Assembly: GCF_009914755.1 (NCBI RefSeq)
Contig: NC_060925.1
Reading direction: 5' to 3' (one strand)
From: the human T2T-CHM13v2.0 reference genome, Homo sapiens
Length of the DNA stretch: 64,000 bases
Both the position numbers and the translations under genes were made by a program. Of this stretch, positions 47,493-63,706 are shown piece after piece. Position 1 is the stretch's first letter, and the number at the start of each line of letters is the position of its first letter. The notes under the pieces were generated by a model that was not told the origin of the DNA, ran no database searches, and saw only the letters and a program-made list of their open reading frames with translations.

Positions 47493-49338
47493 AAAAGTGT
47501 CAGTTTTCAAAGACATTTTATATCACTTAATATTACAATAAAGGAAAAAAAACTTTCAAGAGGTTCCCACAAAAGTTTTCCTATGCTGCTGATTCAGACT
47601 TTTAAGGCCCATAGAAATTTATGCTTTCCACTTTCTTACTAAGCCATTTTAATCAGTTTCATATGATTCTACCAGTTCGGTAGATTATAAGGTATACAAT
47701 ACTATAATGTATACTATTATAAATGGGATGCAATTTATAATAGGGTTATTATTATACAATATATCCTTATAAACTACTAGTCATGTATTGTTTTGGTTAT
47801 ATAGTTTATACAGCCCCTTATGTGGCTTGGTTATACTACCACCTAGATAAGTAGGCAAGACATTCTGTAATATTTAGTGCAGAGCTGGAATTCACGCCTA
47901 AAGCATCAGGCGGCAAATCCAGAATTCGTCATTTTACTAATAATGAAACTGATGCTTGAAGAAGTCAGGTGACTTGGCCAAAGATATAAAGCTAATAACT
48001 GTAGGCTAATTTTGCTCTCCTTAAGGAACTGATGCTATTCTAAGCTTGTTAACATTATGAAAATGCATAATGAAAAAACTCAAAATTTATCCAAAAGACA
48101 GATTCTAATTCTTTTGCTTACTTTTGAAGTCTGAATCATATGATACAGAAGATTCTTCCACTAATACTACATAATCAGAACAGTGAAAGTAAAATCACAT
48201 TTCAAAGGGTCATTAACTAAGTGTGTTTTCCCTACGATAAAACGGTAACCAAGTTTCTTTAGAGGGAAATTAACTGTATCTAAAAAGTAATACTTGAGTA
48301 TATCATAATACCACAAGTTTCAATTACTGTTTTTTTGTTATTCAAAACCAAAACAAGTATATGTCAACCACTGCATATTGGCAACTACCCCTTTTTAGTG
48401 AACCATGAAAACTGAGGAGTGTTAGGTCCTAGGTCAATTTTTAATGTCAAACACAATAAGTGATGTGATTTTAGTCAACTTCAGAGTAGCTTTATGCTTA
48501 TACTTCCCCCCCTCTCAGTTTATCCCATTAGCTTAGGATATTTGGGGAAGGTGGAGGAACATATTAAAGAGTAGTTCAGAATTCAACAAAGTACTCAAAG
48601 CTTTAAGTATAAATATCCCATATAAATAAATCCGGGATTTAACTGTTTTATCCTAACAGTTTAGAAATGTCATTTTAAGTGCCAAAAGGAAATTCCAAAA
48701 GGACTCTTAGAAAAACTGTTATAAATTTTTAAATGTGAGAATACAGTCATTTGAAAATATACATAATCCACATTTTTAGCAATGCTAGTTCTGCTGCTGG
48801 ATTTACATAAATTTGTTTGTGTCAAGTTTATTTCTCCCTGTTGTATGGGATACATATAAATGGAAACAAAACTGAGTTCAAAGGCATAATGAGTATACTT
48901 ATTTCTTCTTAAATTCAATATATTTTTATTTGATTTTAGAAATAATGAGAAACCAATGATGGTTACTGCACCAGGTGTGACACTATGAGAGAATGCTTTA
49001 ATAGTATAGCTTTGGCTGTAATGCAAAGAATAGATAGTACAATGACAGAGATAGGAGGGTATTAGAAGTTAGAGATGGGTATGTGTTATAATAGTCTGGG
49101 TCAGGCAAGAACTTTATAAAAGCTCAGATTCCGGGGTAACACCCCTGGAATTCTGAGTCAATGGGTGTAAAGCTAGTCCTCTTAATTCTAGATGAAATGC
49201 TAAACATGAATGACTGGTAGGAAGTTAAAGCATCAAAGGGAGAATATCCTTGATGCTGACCCTTTTAGAAGAATATCAGAAACCCATAAAAATTATAAGC
49301 AGATGCTTCATTTTTACCACAAATGGATACTGACTCAC

Positions 49339-49393
49339 CTGGATCAGGGTCATATTTTAGGTCCAGTGGATGTACAACAGGGTGGTACTGCTT
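49339..49393 (-). CDS. NSL1: NSL1 exon 4 (KQYHPVVHPLDLKYDPDP, 55 nt)
   Basis: TGTTTAG acceptor, CAG|GTGAGT donor, open frame. Confidence 0.96.
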
Positions 49394-49585
49394 CTAAACA
49401 TAACATAAATTAAAACAGATTTAATCACTTAATGCTTCATATAAACATCTCTTTCAGCTAATATGGGAGATATACTATAGAGTCAGTACCATTCTTTTGA
49501 GGAAAAAAAATTAAATCCTACTGTCTGTAGGGAAGAGGAGGTGAGAAGGTAAAACCAAACTAAGTCTGAATTATGTCTTTTACAG

Positions 49586-49604
49586 TACTGCCACCTGCTG
49601 CATA
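49586..49604 (-). promoter_or_regulatory. CTCF-like motif (reverse)
   Basis: Minus strand TATGCAGCAGGTGGCAGTA, one mismatch to the core. Confidence 0.45.
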
Positions 49605-51329
49605 TACTAAGAAGTGGCACCATAAAAAAGTATAATCAGAAAAAGCAATCAAGCAAATTAAAAGCATAGAAACTGAATTTTATGTTTAAAGTACAGGGTA
49701 GTCTCCAATTATGAAGGGACTGTGTTTCAAAAGTTCATTCAGGACAAGTGTTTAGAACTCAAAATGCATATTTCCATGAAAACTCAGTTCTAAAAGGTGG
49801 CGAGGCTACATTACCACCACACTAAGCCTATATATCCTGCGACACACTGAAATTATAGTAGCAGAATTACTGGCACAGAATCTACAATGCAGGCAAAAAG
49901 AAAGAGGAAATTGCTCTTCCTTATTCTTGCCCAAAGCCAGCAGAAGCCAAAAAGGTTAAAAGAAAGAAAACAAGAAGAAAAAAAGGTCTTCAGCCAGCTG
50001 TGGTGACTCACACTTGTAATTGCAGCACTTTGGGAGGCCCAGGCAGGAGAATGTCTTTTGCTCAGGAGTCTGAGACCAGTCTGAGCAACAAGGAGGGAAG
50101 AAGGGAGGAAAGACGCAGGGCAGGGCAGGGCAGGAAAAAATTTTGAAAAGGTCTTTGGTATCCTCACCTTATCTATTTTGCATTACTTTTTAAACTACCA
50201 CAGCAGTACCTCACCTAGGCCAGCCATCTTTCTTTTCTGCAATATTGATTACTAGTTTTGGGGGTTTAGGGGTAGTGGGGCAGTAACAAGGGCAACACTG
50301 AAAAATACACTTTCAATGTTTTTCCTGAAAAAAACTTTCAAGTGGGAGGGGTGGGGGAAGTGATGGAATGCGGTATTTGAGAACTGCTATAAAGAAAATT
50401 AAAAATTCTGCTCATGAATACTGTTTTTCACAGAATAACTAAAATGTTTTAGATACAATATTAAGCCGGGCATATAATGACCTGAAACAATCCTGAAACT
50501 GAGGCAACTAGAAGATTTATATGTGAACATTTATGTACTAATTTCAAAAACTAAAGGCAATAGTATAGCACAATCTAAACACAACATGTACCTCACTGGA
50601 GGGACAATGCTATTCCCAGCAAACCTCCCCTCCCCACCAAGGGAAGATTTGGGTCCAATTTTCTTGTGGATTTCCTATTTTTTATTTATTCTAGTCCTAA
50701 TAAATCTGAAAAGATGAGGGTGTGATATGGTTGGTCATTGATATCTATAGTAATTATAAGAAGGAAGTCTACGGCTCTGCTTGTCTAAAAAGCTCGTGCT
50801 GAAGGAGCTGAATTCCTGGTCTTGTCACCCAGATGTTCATGATTTTTGCAGCAAAACAAATTACACCCAATTCATAAAGCAAATTTCAGTGTTATGAACA
50901 GGTACTAAAACAATCTTCATCATCAATTTAACTAAATGGTCTTCCAAAATATACAAACATACAAATATATGCCAAAAAAAAACAACAAACAGAAAGAAAA
51001 GTGTTAAAAGAAAAGCTTCTTTTTCCATCCTTGTCTCAGAATCATAAAGTCATTGTCAGTCTTCCATCACCAATTTCAATTTTAACCACTCACTATAACT
51101 TTCATTTTTTTCATTTTTGAACCAGTGTGTTCAAAACACAGTATAGTATGACTATACTATGTCATAGTACAACTTAGAAGAGTAAAGTCTTACAAGAGAC
51201 AAACAATACTAATTGAGGCAGGAAAGAAAAAGACAACAAAATGTCACTTATCTCCACGTAGAGCCTTATATTTTAATGTTTTTATTGTGGTAAAATATAC
51301 TATAACATTTTAAAGGCAAATCATCTTAC

Positions 51330-51460
51330 CAGAATTTCTTGTTTTGCTTTTATGGTTTTGATGACACATTCCAGGATCTTTCTGGGATACTGCTTACGTT
51401 TTGTGGCTATATCTACTATGATTTCATCAAACTGATCTTCAAGTACTTTGATGTCAGAAT
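51330..51460 (-). CDS. NSL1: NSL1 exon 3 (DSDIKVLEDQFDEIIVDIATKRKQYPRKILECVIKTIKAKQEIL, 131 nt)
   Basis: T-rich ...CTCAAATAG acceptor, CTG|GTAAGA donor, phase 1 to 0 consistent. Confidence 0.96.
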
Positions 51461-52312
51461 CTATTTGAGAAAAAAAAATGTATATATAAAAAGTTCCCTA
51501 AAACTCATTGTTTACATTCTGTATGGAAATGTGCTATAAACTAAATTTAGAAAACACAAAATAATGAAGGAAAACAAATATGGCAAGTTAATGAATGCCC
51601 CCACTTTGGTGATTAATTTATTTACGCATTGAACAATCAATTATTGAGCATCTATAAGAAGCCAGGCCTAAACAAGAGAAATACAAAGATGAGCACAACA
51701 TGATTCCTACTCTCTAAGAGTTCACAGTTTGCTGAAAGAAACAGACAATTGCAAGGCAACCTGATAAGTGCAATAGAGGTATGAGCAAAATGCCATCAGG
51801 ACACAGAACAATGGAAAACTGACTGACTGTGAAATATAAGACTTTAAAGAAGTAACATTTGAGCTTGAAATAGAAGTATAAGTCCAATGGATAAAAAGTG
51901 GTACGGGAAAAAAGGAATAGGGAGAAGCATTTTAGGCAGTGGAAACAGTATTTGCAAGATCCTAGTCTTTGGAGACCTGAGAAAAGTTCTAAATGGCTAC
52001 AGAATAAAGTAAAGGAGAAATGGATGATAAAATATATAAGAACCAGGCTGTAAAGGGTATTTAATATCAGGGATGCTAAGAAGTTTTGACTTATTATGAA
52101 CTGACCCAAAGCTATGACAGTAGCAGTGAGTGGAGTAACTAGATCTGAAATAGGACTCAACTGGATTGATGGTAGGAAAAACTGAAAGATACAGTGAGTT
52201 TAGAGTTTCTTTCATTTAGCTAACTCTACTTTATCATATGCTTTTTCATGTTTTAAAACAGTGATTCTCAAATGTTAGAAGAATCACCTAACGAGTATGT
52301 TAGGAGTACAGA

Positions 52313-52567
52313 TTTTTTTTTTAATACTTTAAGTTCTAGGGTACATGTACACAATGTGCAGGTGTGTTACATATGTATACATGTGCCATGTCGGTGTGCT
52401 GCACCCATTAACTCGTCATTTACATTAGATATATCTCCTAATGCTATCCCTCCCCACTCCCCCGACCCCACAACAGGCTCCAGTGTGTGATGTTCCCCAA
52501 CCTGTTTCCAAGTGTTCCCATTGTTCAATTCCCACCTATGAGTGAGAACATGCGGTGTTTGGTTTTC
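52313..52567 (-). mobile_element. 5'-truncated L1PA 3' end inserted in a MER5A-like element
   Basis: TACTTTAAGTTCTAGGGTACATGT… L1PA tail; TSD AGGAGTACAGA at 52302-52312 and 52568-52578. Confidence 0.9.
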
Positions 52568-52974
52568 AGGAGTACAGAATTTTGATTCAGTAAGTCTGAG
52601 ATGGGGCCCAGAAATGAAGCACCCTAGATGAAAGGAATGTAGGTGATCCATCTAACTTTATTTTGAAAATCATTTTAAAGAGTAAAAATACTAAGTAGTT
52701 ACAAATACTAAAGAGCTAAGTTCTTAGCTTAACTGGTCCTCATATTGCTCTGTTGTGTCAAAGTCTAAGCTAGAAATGGACCTATTTATTTTATTGATCA
52801 GAAGCTTTATTAGGAAGAAATCTAACATCTGAAACATAATTTTTGAAACATTTTGAGAAATTGCTGATATGTTTCGGTATATACATATCAGATAATCAAG
52901 TATATCAGGTATAGTCTTTCATTCATGTCACAAATATTAATTGAATCCCACTAAATTAGTTCTTTTGAGGGCAC

Positions 52975-53120
52975 CCTTTTTTTCCTTTTTCTCTTTCTTT
53001 CCTTCCTTCTTTCTTTCCCTTTCCTTCCCATTCATTCTCCCTCCCTTCCTTTCCTTCTTTTCTTTCCTTTCCTCCCTCCTTCTTTCCTAGATAGATAGAT
53101 AGAGAGAGAGACACACACAG
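52975..53120. repeat. Polypyrimidine (TTCC/TTTC) tract followed by (GATA)n(GA)n(CA)n
   Basis: Low-complexity tail next to a reverse L1 fragment at ~53125-53232. Confidence 0.9.
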
Positions 53121-53485
53121 ATTGATTTTCAATAGCTTTTGGGGTACAAGTGGTATTTGGTTACATGGATGAATAGTACAGTGGTGAAGTCTGAGATTTT
53201 AGTGCACTCATCACCCAGTAGTATACATTGTGAAAGTACCCTTCTTTTGAGGGCAAGAAATAATAGTTATTTCTTACTTTGAATAATTATTTATATAAGC
53301 AGCCCTCCCTAAATTTTCATTTATCCATTAAAAAAGTTAAATAATTAGCCTGAAGAAAATAATGTACTATTTCACAATTAGTTAAAAAAAAAAAAAAGAA
53401 AAGTCTCCCAGGTAAATCTTTTTTGTAGAGAGGAACATGCTTTCTTAGCACTACCTAGTGATAAAGCTACAATTAAAATGTATCA

Positions 53486-54143
<658 letters not shown>

Positions 54144-54525
54144 TTGTCTTTTTAAGGAACCTTCTACAAAGATGTAACCTCATCCTTTACACGGTACTTG
54201 TATAATTAATAATAACTTCACACTTTTAAGGGTACTTCACTATTCACTCTAGAGATCACTTACAAAAATACAACTTGCTTTGTAAATAATTACAGAAATT
54301 CCCTGGGCCTCTTTTGTCATCTGGAGATAGCTCTACAGTATTTTCCAATAAACTATTGACAAAGAAGACTATTGAAGTCATAATCTCAGTTCTTTATTAC
54401 TCCCCTAGTAAACAACTTCTTGAAAATAAATGACACTAAATATGGAGATTAAAAAACAGCATTCAAAACAAAATTAGCTGCAAAAATAACTCAGAAATTA
54501 ATAATGGAAGGAAAAAGTCACATAC

Positions 54526-54604
54526 CCATAAAACAATTATCTGAAGCTTCCTGCCATGCTTGCCCATTAATGCTGATATTCTCTTGCACAGCTGATTCAA
54601 AAGT
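54526..54604 (-). CDS. NSL1: NSL1 exon 2 (TFESAVQENISINGQAWQEASDNCFM, 79 nt)
   Basis: TTTATTGCAG acceptor, G|GTATGT donor, frame continuous with exon 1. Confidence 0.96.
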
Positions 54605-55098
54605 CTGCAATAAATTCACAGTAGTCAAGTCACTAAAAATAATTTTAAATACTAAATTCAAACGTTTTAGCAAAATAATACTTCCAGATTTGTGACAGAG
54701 GAAATAAAAGTAGCAGAATAGCTAATTAGTATATCTATTCTTTTCAATGAAGATTCCACTTCAATCATTGATTCTACCTACATTTTGGGTCTCATAGCCA
54801 TTATGCTACCCAAGAGAAAATCTGATTTAAAATTTTGGAATATTCTTATAAACAAACAAAAAAAAGTACTCCTAGAATGAAAGAAAAAATAAAATCTAAC
54901 AAATTTAGGCTCAGTTGAATCTCAGGGGTATAAGTACTATATATGCTGCTGAATGACTGTTGATGTTAACAAGAGGGAAAACATACATGCTTAAAAATAA
55001 AATTATATTTTATAAAGGGCTGTATTTTTGAGAGATGAACACTTATGTAGCGATGAAATGACATGAGATCTAAGATATGCTTTAAAATAGCAAACGTA

Positions 55099-55365
55099 GG
55101 CCAGGTGCAGTGGCTCACGCCTATAATCCCATCACTTTGGGAAGCCAAGGCAAGAGGATTGCTTGAGGCCAGTTCCAGACCAGCCTAGGCAACACACTGA
55201 GACAACCTTCTCTACTAAAAAATTTAAAAATTAGCCAGGCACAGTGGCACATGCCTGTAGTCCCGGCTACTTGAAAGGCTGAGGCTAGAGGATTACTTGA
55301 GCCCAGTGGTTTGAGAATACAGTGAGCTATGATTGCCACTGTACTCCAGCCTGGGAGACAGAGGG
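55099..55365 (+). mobile_element. Alu (AluJ-like)
   Basis: Dimeric Alu. Confidence 0.9.
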
Positions 55366-56159
55366 AGAAGCAACTGTAACAAAATTTTGACAACTGTTGA
55401 GTTTGGTGGTGGATATATGGGTGTCCACTGTACTAAACTAATTTTTTGTAAGGTTGAAAATGTTCATAATACATTAAAAGATAAAGAACCAAAAAACAAA
55501 AAACAAAAACAAACAAAAAATAGACAAATTGGACTTCATCAAAATTTTTTTTAAATGATGGACTAAAGGAATTCGGCAGTACACATTTCCTATTACCCAA
55601 CAATTTCACTTCTAGCAATGCATCCTAAAGGACTACTCTCATAAAAACTAAAGAGAATGTGCTAGAAATGTTCATTTCAGCACTGTTTGAAATTTTTAAA
55701 ATTGTGGGAAAAAACCTAAAGTCAAAATTAGAAGAGTTAAATAGACAATATTCATACCACGCAGTACCTAAAAAGGATGAAGACAAGCTCTACGTAACAC
55801 TAACAAATAATAGACATGTTTGGTTTCAAAAAAGGCAGGTCAATAACAATTCATCAGCATGACATTATTAATGGAGACAAACAAACATAAACAGAGAGAA
55901 AGAGGTAAAGCCACAGAAAGGGGGTATAGAAAGTTTACTCTCCCCAAGTACTCTCCAAAATAGTACCTTATGTCCTAGAAGGAAGAGGGATGGGGAAGGG
56001 GAACTCAAAGAATTTTGCTTTATGCTACTGTTTGAATTTTTTTATGAGCATATATTTTGTACCCTTTGTATAATTAAAAATAACATAAACCAAATTACTG
56101 ATAATTATGAGTTAAAGTACATATTCTACATTTCAAAGATTTCATAAAGTAAAATCCTT

Positions 56160-56524
<365 letters not shown>

Positions 56525-56918
56525 TGAGAAAACATATTGTCTTTGTAACATTCATTGCAGACTGCTACCAATACTGTTTTTAAAGAAAATCTGCTACTTA
56601 ATATGCAGTTTTAAACAGAGATACAAAATAAAGCTTCTGCTTTATTTAAAATAAAACACAAGTGAATTCCTGTGGTAGTCTAAGCCCTGTAAACTTTATC
56701 TTATAATTCACTTTATCGTCCCACTAAATAGGATATAATAGGTTAAGCCAAGTTCCTCTTTTTCTGTAAGACACCTAAATGTTTTAAATACCTTAGCATT
56801 TCCTAGAATCAGACAAATTCTAAGATTATACAACAAAAGTCTTCTCCCAAAAAACTACTAAAAACGTCCTGAGATATATCCCTATTCTTGCCTTGCTTGC
56901 AAGGAGGGAATGACGTAA

Positions 56919-57293
<375 letters not shown>

Positions 57294-57608
57294 CCTTTTG
57301 CCTGTTTTAGAGTGAAAACATTTTCTTTACAAGACTAAAATAGGTTAAAAAAAATTGTGTTGGTTGAAAACTTTACTAAGATCATACATTTGCCTCTATA
57401 CCACATTTCCCAAGCCTTTCTTAAATATTTTTGCAAAGCCCTGAAGGTGGTAGTTTTTTGGGAACACAAGAAATAAAGGGATTGTGTGCTTCCTTATAAC
57501 AGGCACCAATCTACTTATATTAGCGGAAAAAATTTAAAAGCTCATAATACCGCACATTTGTGAGTTATGAATGACCACAGTGCAAACAGTAAAAATAAAG
57601 GTTAATAG

Positions 57609-58301
<693 letters not shown>

Positions 58302-58496
58302 GTCTAAGTAATTAATAAGACCCAGCTGACATTAGCATCTATTTCTTTCTCCTCTAGCGTTTCTCGAACTGGTTCTACAGTAGCCTGGGGCACCGTTAAT
58401 TCTGCCAAGGCCTGGCGTGGGATCTTTCTGAATCCTAAGATCCTGGGTGTTGGGTAAGAGGATGATGAGTAAAGAACTGGCTAACTGGTCCCGTAC

Positions 58497-58730
58497 CCAC
58501 TGCGCATCTCGCAGAGCGGGCTCCCGAATCTCCTCCGGCAGAGCGTCCCCGAGCTTTTGCACGAAGCGGCCGCACAGTTGTAGCATTTCGGTCACAGCCC
58601 GCTTCGAGGTGCAGCGCACCCGAAAGTCTTCTCGGGGAGTGGCGGAGACCAAGGCCTGGCTCTCTGTGCCAGCCGCGAGCTCCTTGTCCCATGGAGGGTC
58701 AAGGACCACCAACTCAGGAGACCCCGCCAT
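58497..58730 (-). CDS. NSL1: NSL1 exon 1 coding part (aa 1-78, MAGSPELVVL...PALRDAQW)
   Basis: ATG at 58730-58728 in AAAATGGCG context; 234 nt to TGG|GTACGG donor; translation recognised as the human NSL1 N-terminus. Confidence 0.97.
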
Positions 58731-58888
58731 TTTTCGTCGGAACTGTGGGCGGGGCACTCTGGGAGCGGAAAAGCGGGTTCACACTGGTGTAACCAGCATG
58801 CATCCGGCTGGAAACTCAGGACGCTGCAGCTGAAACGTTCCGGCTCCGGCTCTGCTGGCCGGTCTAAAGCGGCAGCCGCCGGGGCGCA

Positions 58889-58954
58889 ATGCGAGCGGCT
58901 GGCGTAGGCTTGGTGGACTGTCACTGCCACCTCTCCGCCCCGGACTTTGACCGC
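58889..58954 (+). CDS. TATDN3: TATDN3 exon 1 coding part (MRAAGVGLVDCHCHLSAPDFDR)
   Basis: TatD-family N-terminal D-x-H-x-H metal-binding motif; CGC|GTATGT donor. Confidence 0.95.
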
Positions 58955-59150
58955 GTATGTGAGGGCGATACGGGACCAGAGGGAGCAGGGAGGCCCCCGT
59001 CCTTTCCCCTCGTGTTATCTTTGCTCTCCTCCCTTGGGACGAAACCCCATATCCCCCGCCCAGACCCTTGTTTATGGCCATATGACCTTGCCCCTCATTT
59101 CCCTATTCCCTATTTAACCTCAGACATACCGATTTTTTTTTCCTGATTCA

Positions 59151-59622
<472 letters not shown>

Positions 59623-60169
59623 TCACAAATGGGGGAGAGAGGCAAACAAACAAACAAAAATACATGGCCGAGTGTGGTTGCTCACACTTGTAATCCTAGC
59701 ACTATGAGAGGCCGAAGTGGGTGGATCGCTTGAGCCCAGGAGTTTGAGACCAGCCTGGGCAATGTGGTGAGACCCCGTCTCAATTAAAATAATAATACAC
59801 ACGTAAAATCAGTTACAAACTGTTTTACCCATTACGTGGGAAACTAGAGACTAATAATAGAGGATTAAGGGGGGTTTTATTTCAGGGGGAAATCCTCCCA
59901 GGAGCTGACACTTAAGGCTGAAAAGACAAGGAGCCACCCAAGCAAGGGGGTGAGTGTATGCTGGTTAGGGAAACAGATAGGTTGCAGGCCCCCAGACAAG
60001 CTAGAATTTGGCACATTTCAGTTGCCAAAAAGCTAAGTGGAGCCTGATGAGCTAGAAAGAGAAAGGCATGAAACAAAACTGGGGAGGTTTGCAGGGGATA
60101 GATGAGGTGGGTCAGTAAGGAATTTGGATTGCATTTGAAGCACAATGCAGATTCATTAAAGGGCTTTTT

Positions 60170-60458
<289 letters not shown>

Positions 60459-60966
60459 CAAAAATGGATAGGCATGATGCTATCCATTTTAACACCATTT
60501 TGCTGCTGTATGGCAAATGGGTGGAGGAGAAGAGTGGAAGCTACAAGACTAGTTAGGAGGCTTTTGCAGTATATAGGCAAGAGATGTTGGCTGTTGGTAC
60601 TATGATGATAGCAGGTGAGTTTGAGATGAATACATGGATTCAAGATACATTTTAGAGAGAGAATCCACAGTAAGTACTGAAGAATTGGATGTGGATAGCA
60701 AGGGAAAGGGAGGAGTCAAGGATGACTCAGATTATTAGCTTGTGCTATAGGGAAGATGGTGGTGCTGGTTTACTGAGATAAGGGAAGACCAAGGTCTGAG
60801 GTGGAGGTGGGGAGGTCAGCAGAAGGAATAGGTTTGTGGGGAGAAAATAAAGATTTATGTTTGGGGCATATTGGGAAACCTAATCCCATCCAAATGAAGA
60901 TGTCATAATTTTTAAACATGAGTCATGGGCTCAGGAGAGAATTACAAGCTAAAGATAAAAATTGGG

Positions 60967-61575
<609 letters not shown>

Positions 61576-62062
61576 TGGGGGCCTCAGCATAATGATGATA
61601 AAACCATGAGAGGAAGTGAAATCACTCAAGGCAAGTGCAGAGAGAGGAGCAGATGTTCTTGAAGTCTGAAAGAGGAAGGGGAGCTAGTCAAGGAGACTGA
61701 CAAGTAGCCACCAATGAGAGAGTGGTATTGCAGAAGTGAAGGGTGGAAAGCATTTCAAGAAGGAAGGAGTAAGCAAGTGAGGGATTCCGAATGCTGCTGA
61801 GGAGTAGAGTAAGATGAGGACAGAGAAATACCCTGTATATTTGACAATAGAGGCTTCTGTTTTAGTGCTGGGAACAGTAGCCAGACTTTACTGATAGTAA
61901 GAGTAAACAGGAAGTGGGTCAGTGTAGGCTCTTTGTTTTCCACCACTCCATTAGTTGCTATCATTGTTATTTTTTGTGATGCCACAACTACATTGACATA
62001 TACAGTCCAAGATTAGCTGCTTATTCATCTAAAATAATGGTGATTTCTTATGCTTGTTTTAG

Positions 62063-62095
62063 GATTTGGATGATGTGTTGGAGAAAGCCAAGAAG
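62063..62095 (+). CDS. TATDN3: TATDN3 exon 2 (DLDDVLEKAKK, 33 nt)
   Basis: TTGTTTTAG acceptor, AAG|GTAAGT donor, TatD helix after the HxH motif. Confidence 0.93.
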
Positions 62096-62214
62096 GTAAG
62101 TCAATATTTGTAATTGCTCTTTTGGTTTTTTATTTTAACTATCATTTCAAGCCAAAACAGCTTGAAATTTAGATATACTACCTTGATGTTTCAGTAGTTT
62201 ATAGTAAGTAGCAT

Positions 62215-62680
62215 TTTTTATTTTTATTATTTTATTTATTTATTTATTTATTTATTGAGACAGAGTCTCGCTCTGTCGCCCAGGCTGGAGTGCAGTCGTG
62301 TGATCTTAGCTCACTGCAACCTCTGCCTCCAAGGTTCAAGTGATTCTCCTGCCTCAGCCTCCTGAGTAGCTGGGACTATAGGCACACGTCACTGCACCCA
62401 GATAATTTTTGTATTTTTAGTAGAGACAGGGTTTCACCATGTTGGCCAGGCTGGTCTTGAACTCCTGACCTGAGGTGATCTGCCCACCTCGACCTCCCAA
62501 AGTGCTGAGATTGCAGGCGTGACCCACTACGACCAGCCAATTTTTATTATTTATAATTAAAATAGAGACAAGATCTGACTATATTGCCCAGGCTGGTGTC
62601 AAACTTCTGAGCTCAAGCAATCTACCCACCTTGGGCTCCCAAAATGCTGGGATTATAGGCATGCGGCACTGCTCCCAGCC
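62215..62680 (-). mobile_element. AluS-like (62215-62538) plus monomer (62545-62680)
   Basis: Reverse Alus; TAAGTAGCATTT on both flanks. Confidence 0.9.
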
Positions 62681-62689
62681 TAAGTAGCA

Positions 62690-63360
62690 TTTATTAAGTG
62701 TTTGCTACATGCCAGGTAGTGAGCTAAGGCCTTTCTCGACTTTACCTCATTCAATGTTTCACAATAGCCTTCTGAGGAAATTACTAATTTATAGCCAATC
62801 ATTCCCCATTTTTATAGATGAGGAATCTAAGGCCTAGAGATGAGTAACTGGTCCAAAGACACATGCTAGTGAACTGATAGAGACAAGTTAGTCTGAATTC
62901 AAAACATGTTCCTATAGCTACCATGCTCAACAGCCCTATGGAACAAATTGGTCCATCTTTCAGTTTTTAAATTCATGTGGTTCTGGAGATCTGGGATATA
63001 TTATTAAAGTTTTCTGAGATGTTTTGATTTGCTTAGAAAAATTATTTTTTTGGAAGTGTTTATGAAATTCATTGTAACTAGCATTTTGTGGCCATCTCAA
63101 AAAATGATACAGCCAGAAATGGTTGTAGTGCATTTTTACATACAGGTAACTTTCACTGTGGCAGCTTAATTAGGAATGTGGGCTTTGGACATATATAGAC
63201 CTGATGACCTTGGGCAAGTTATTCGACATCCAAAACTCTGTCTCCTGATCTATACAGTAGACTATAGCCTACTTTATAGGTTTCTGTAAATTAAATGAGG
63301 CAATATTTATATTCACTGAACATAAGGTCTGAAACATAGTAAATACTCAATGATAGCCCT
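62690..63360. mobile_element. Two MIR fragments in opposite orientation (~62690-62930, ~63160-63360)
   Basis: CCCATTTTTATAGATGAGGAATCTAAGGC and TGACCTTGGGCAAGTTA MIR cores. Confidence 0.65.
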
Positions 63361-63484
63361 TCTGATTGTATTGATGAAGCATGGCTGAACAAGGATAACT
63401 AAAATGCAGAGAAAACTTTAAAATTTTCTATAATTTATATTAAATGTATATTGTTTGTAACTTTATTCTTTTTTTTTTTTTCAG

Positions 63485-63558
63485 GCCAATGTTGTGGCCC
63501 TTGTGGCAGTTGCCGAACATTCAGGAGAATTTGAAAAGATTATGCAACTTTCAGAAAG
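63485..63558 (+). CDS. TATDN3: TATDN3 exon 3 (ANVVALVAVAEHSGEFEKIMQLSE, 74 nt); gene continues beyond the window
   Basis: Long T-tract + CAG acceptor; AG|GTGCTA donor (weak); in frame. Confidence 0.9.
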
Positions 63559-63706
63559 GTGCTACTTTTAATTAAGATTTTAAAGGGTTGCTAATAAGAA
63601 CACAGTTATGACATCCAGTTTATAATATCAAAGATCCATTTTTAAAGAGAATAAAGAGGAAAAAGCATTTTAACATAGCCCTAAAGAGATTATTTTCTAC
63701 TTATTC

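Noticed and set aside
47714-47743. 11-bp perfect inverted repeat CTATTATAAAT/ATTTATAATAG
   Set aside because: AT-only stem in AT-rich DNA, too short for a miRNA or snoRNA; likely chance
58731-58757. In-frame upstream GTG extension of NSL1 (MPRPQFRRK)
   Set aside because: Lies on the GC box close to the probable TSS; the ATG at 58730 has strong Kozak context
58435-59146. Several overlapping 85-128 aa ORFs across the promoter
   Set aside because: Expected in GC-rich stop-poor sequence; only the NSL1 and TATDN3 frames have homology and splice support
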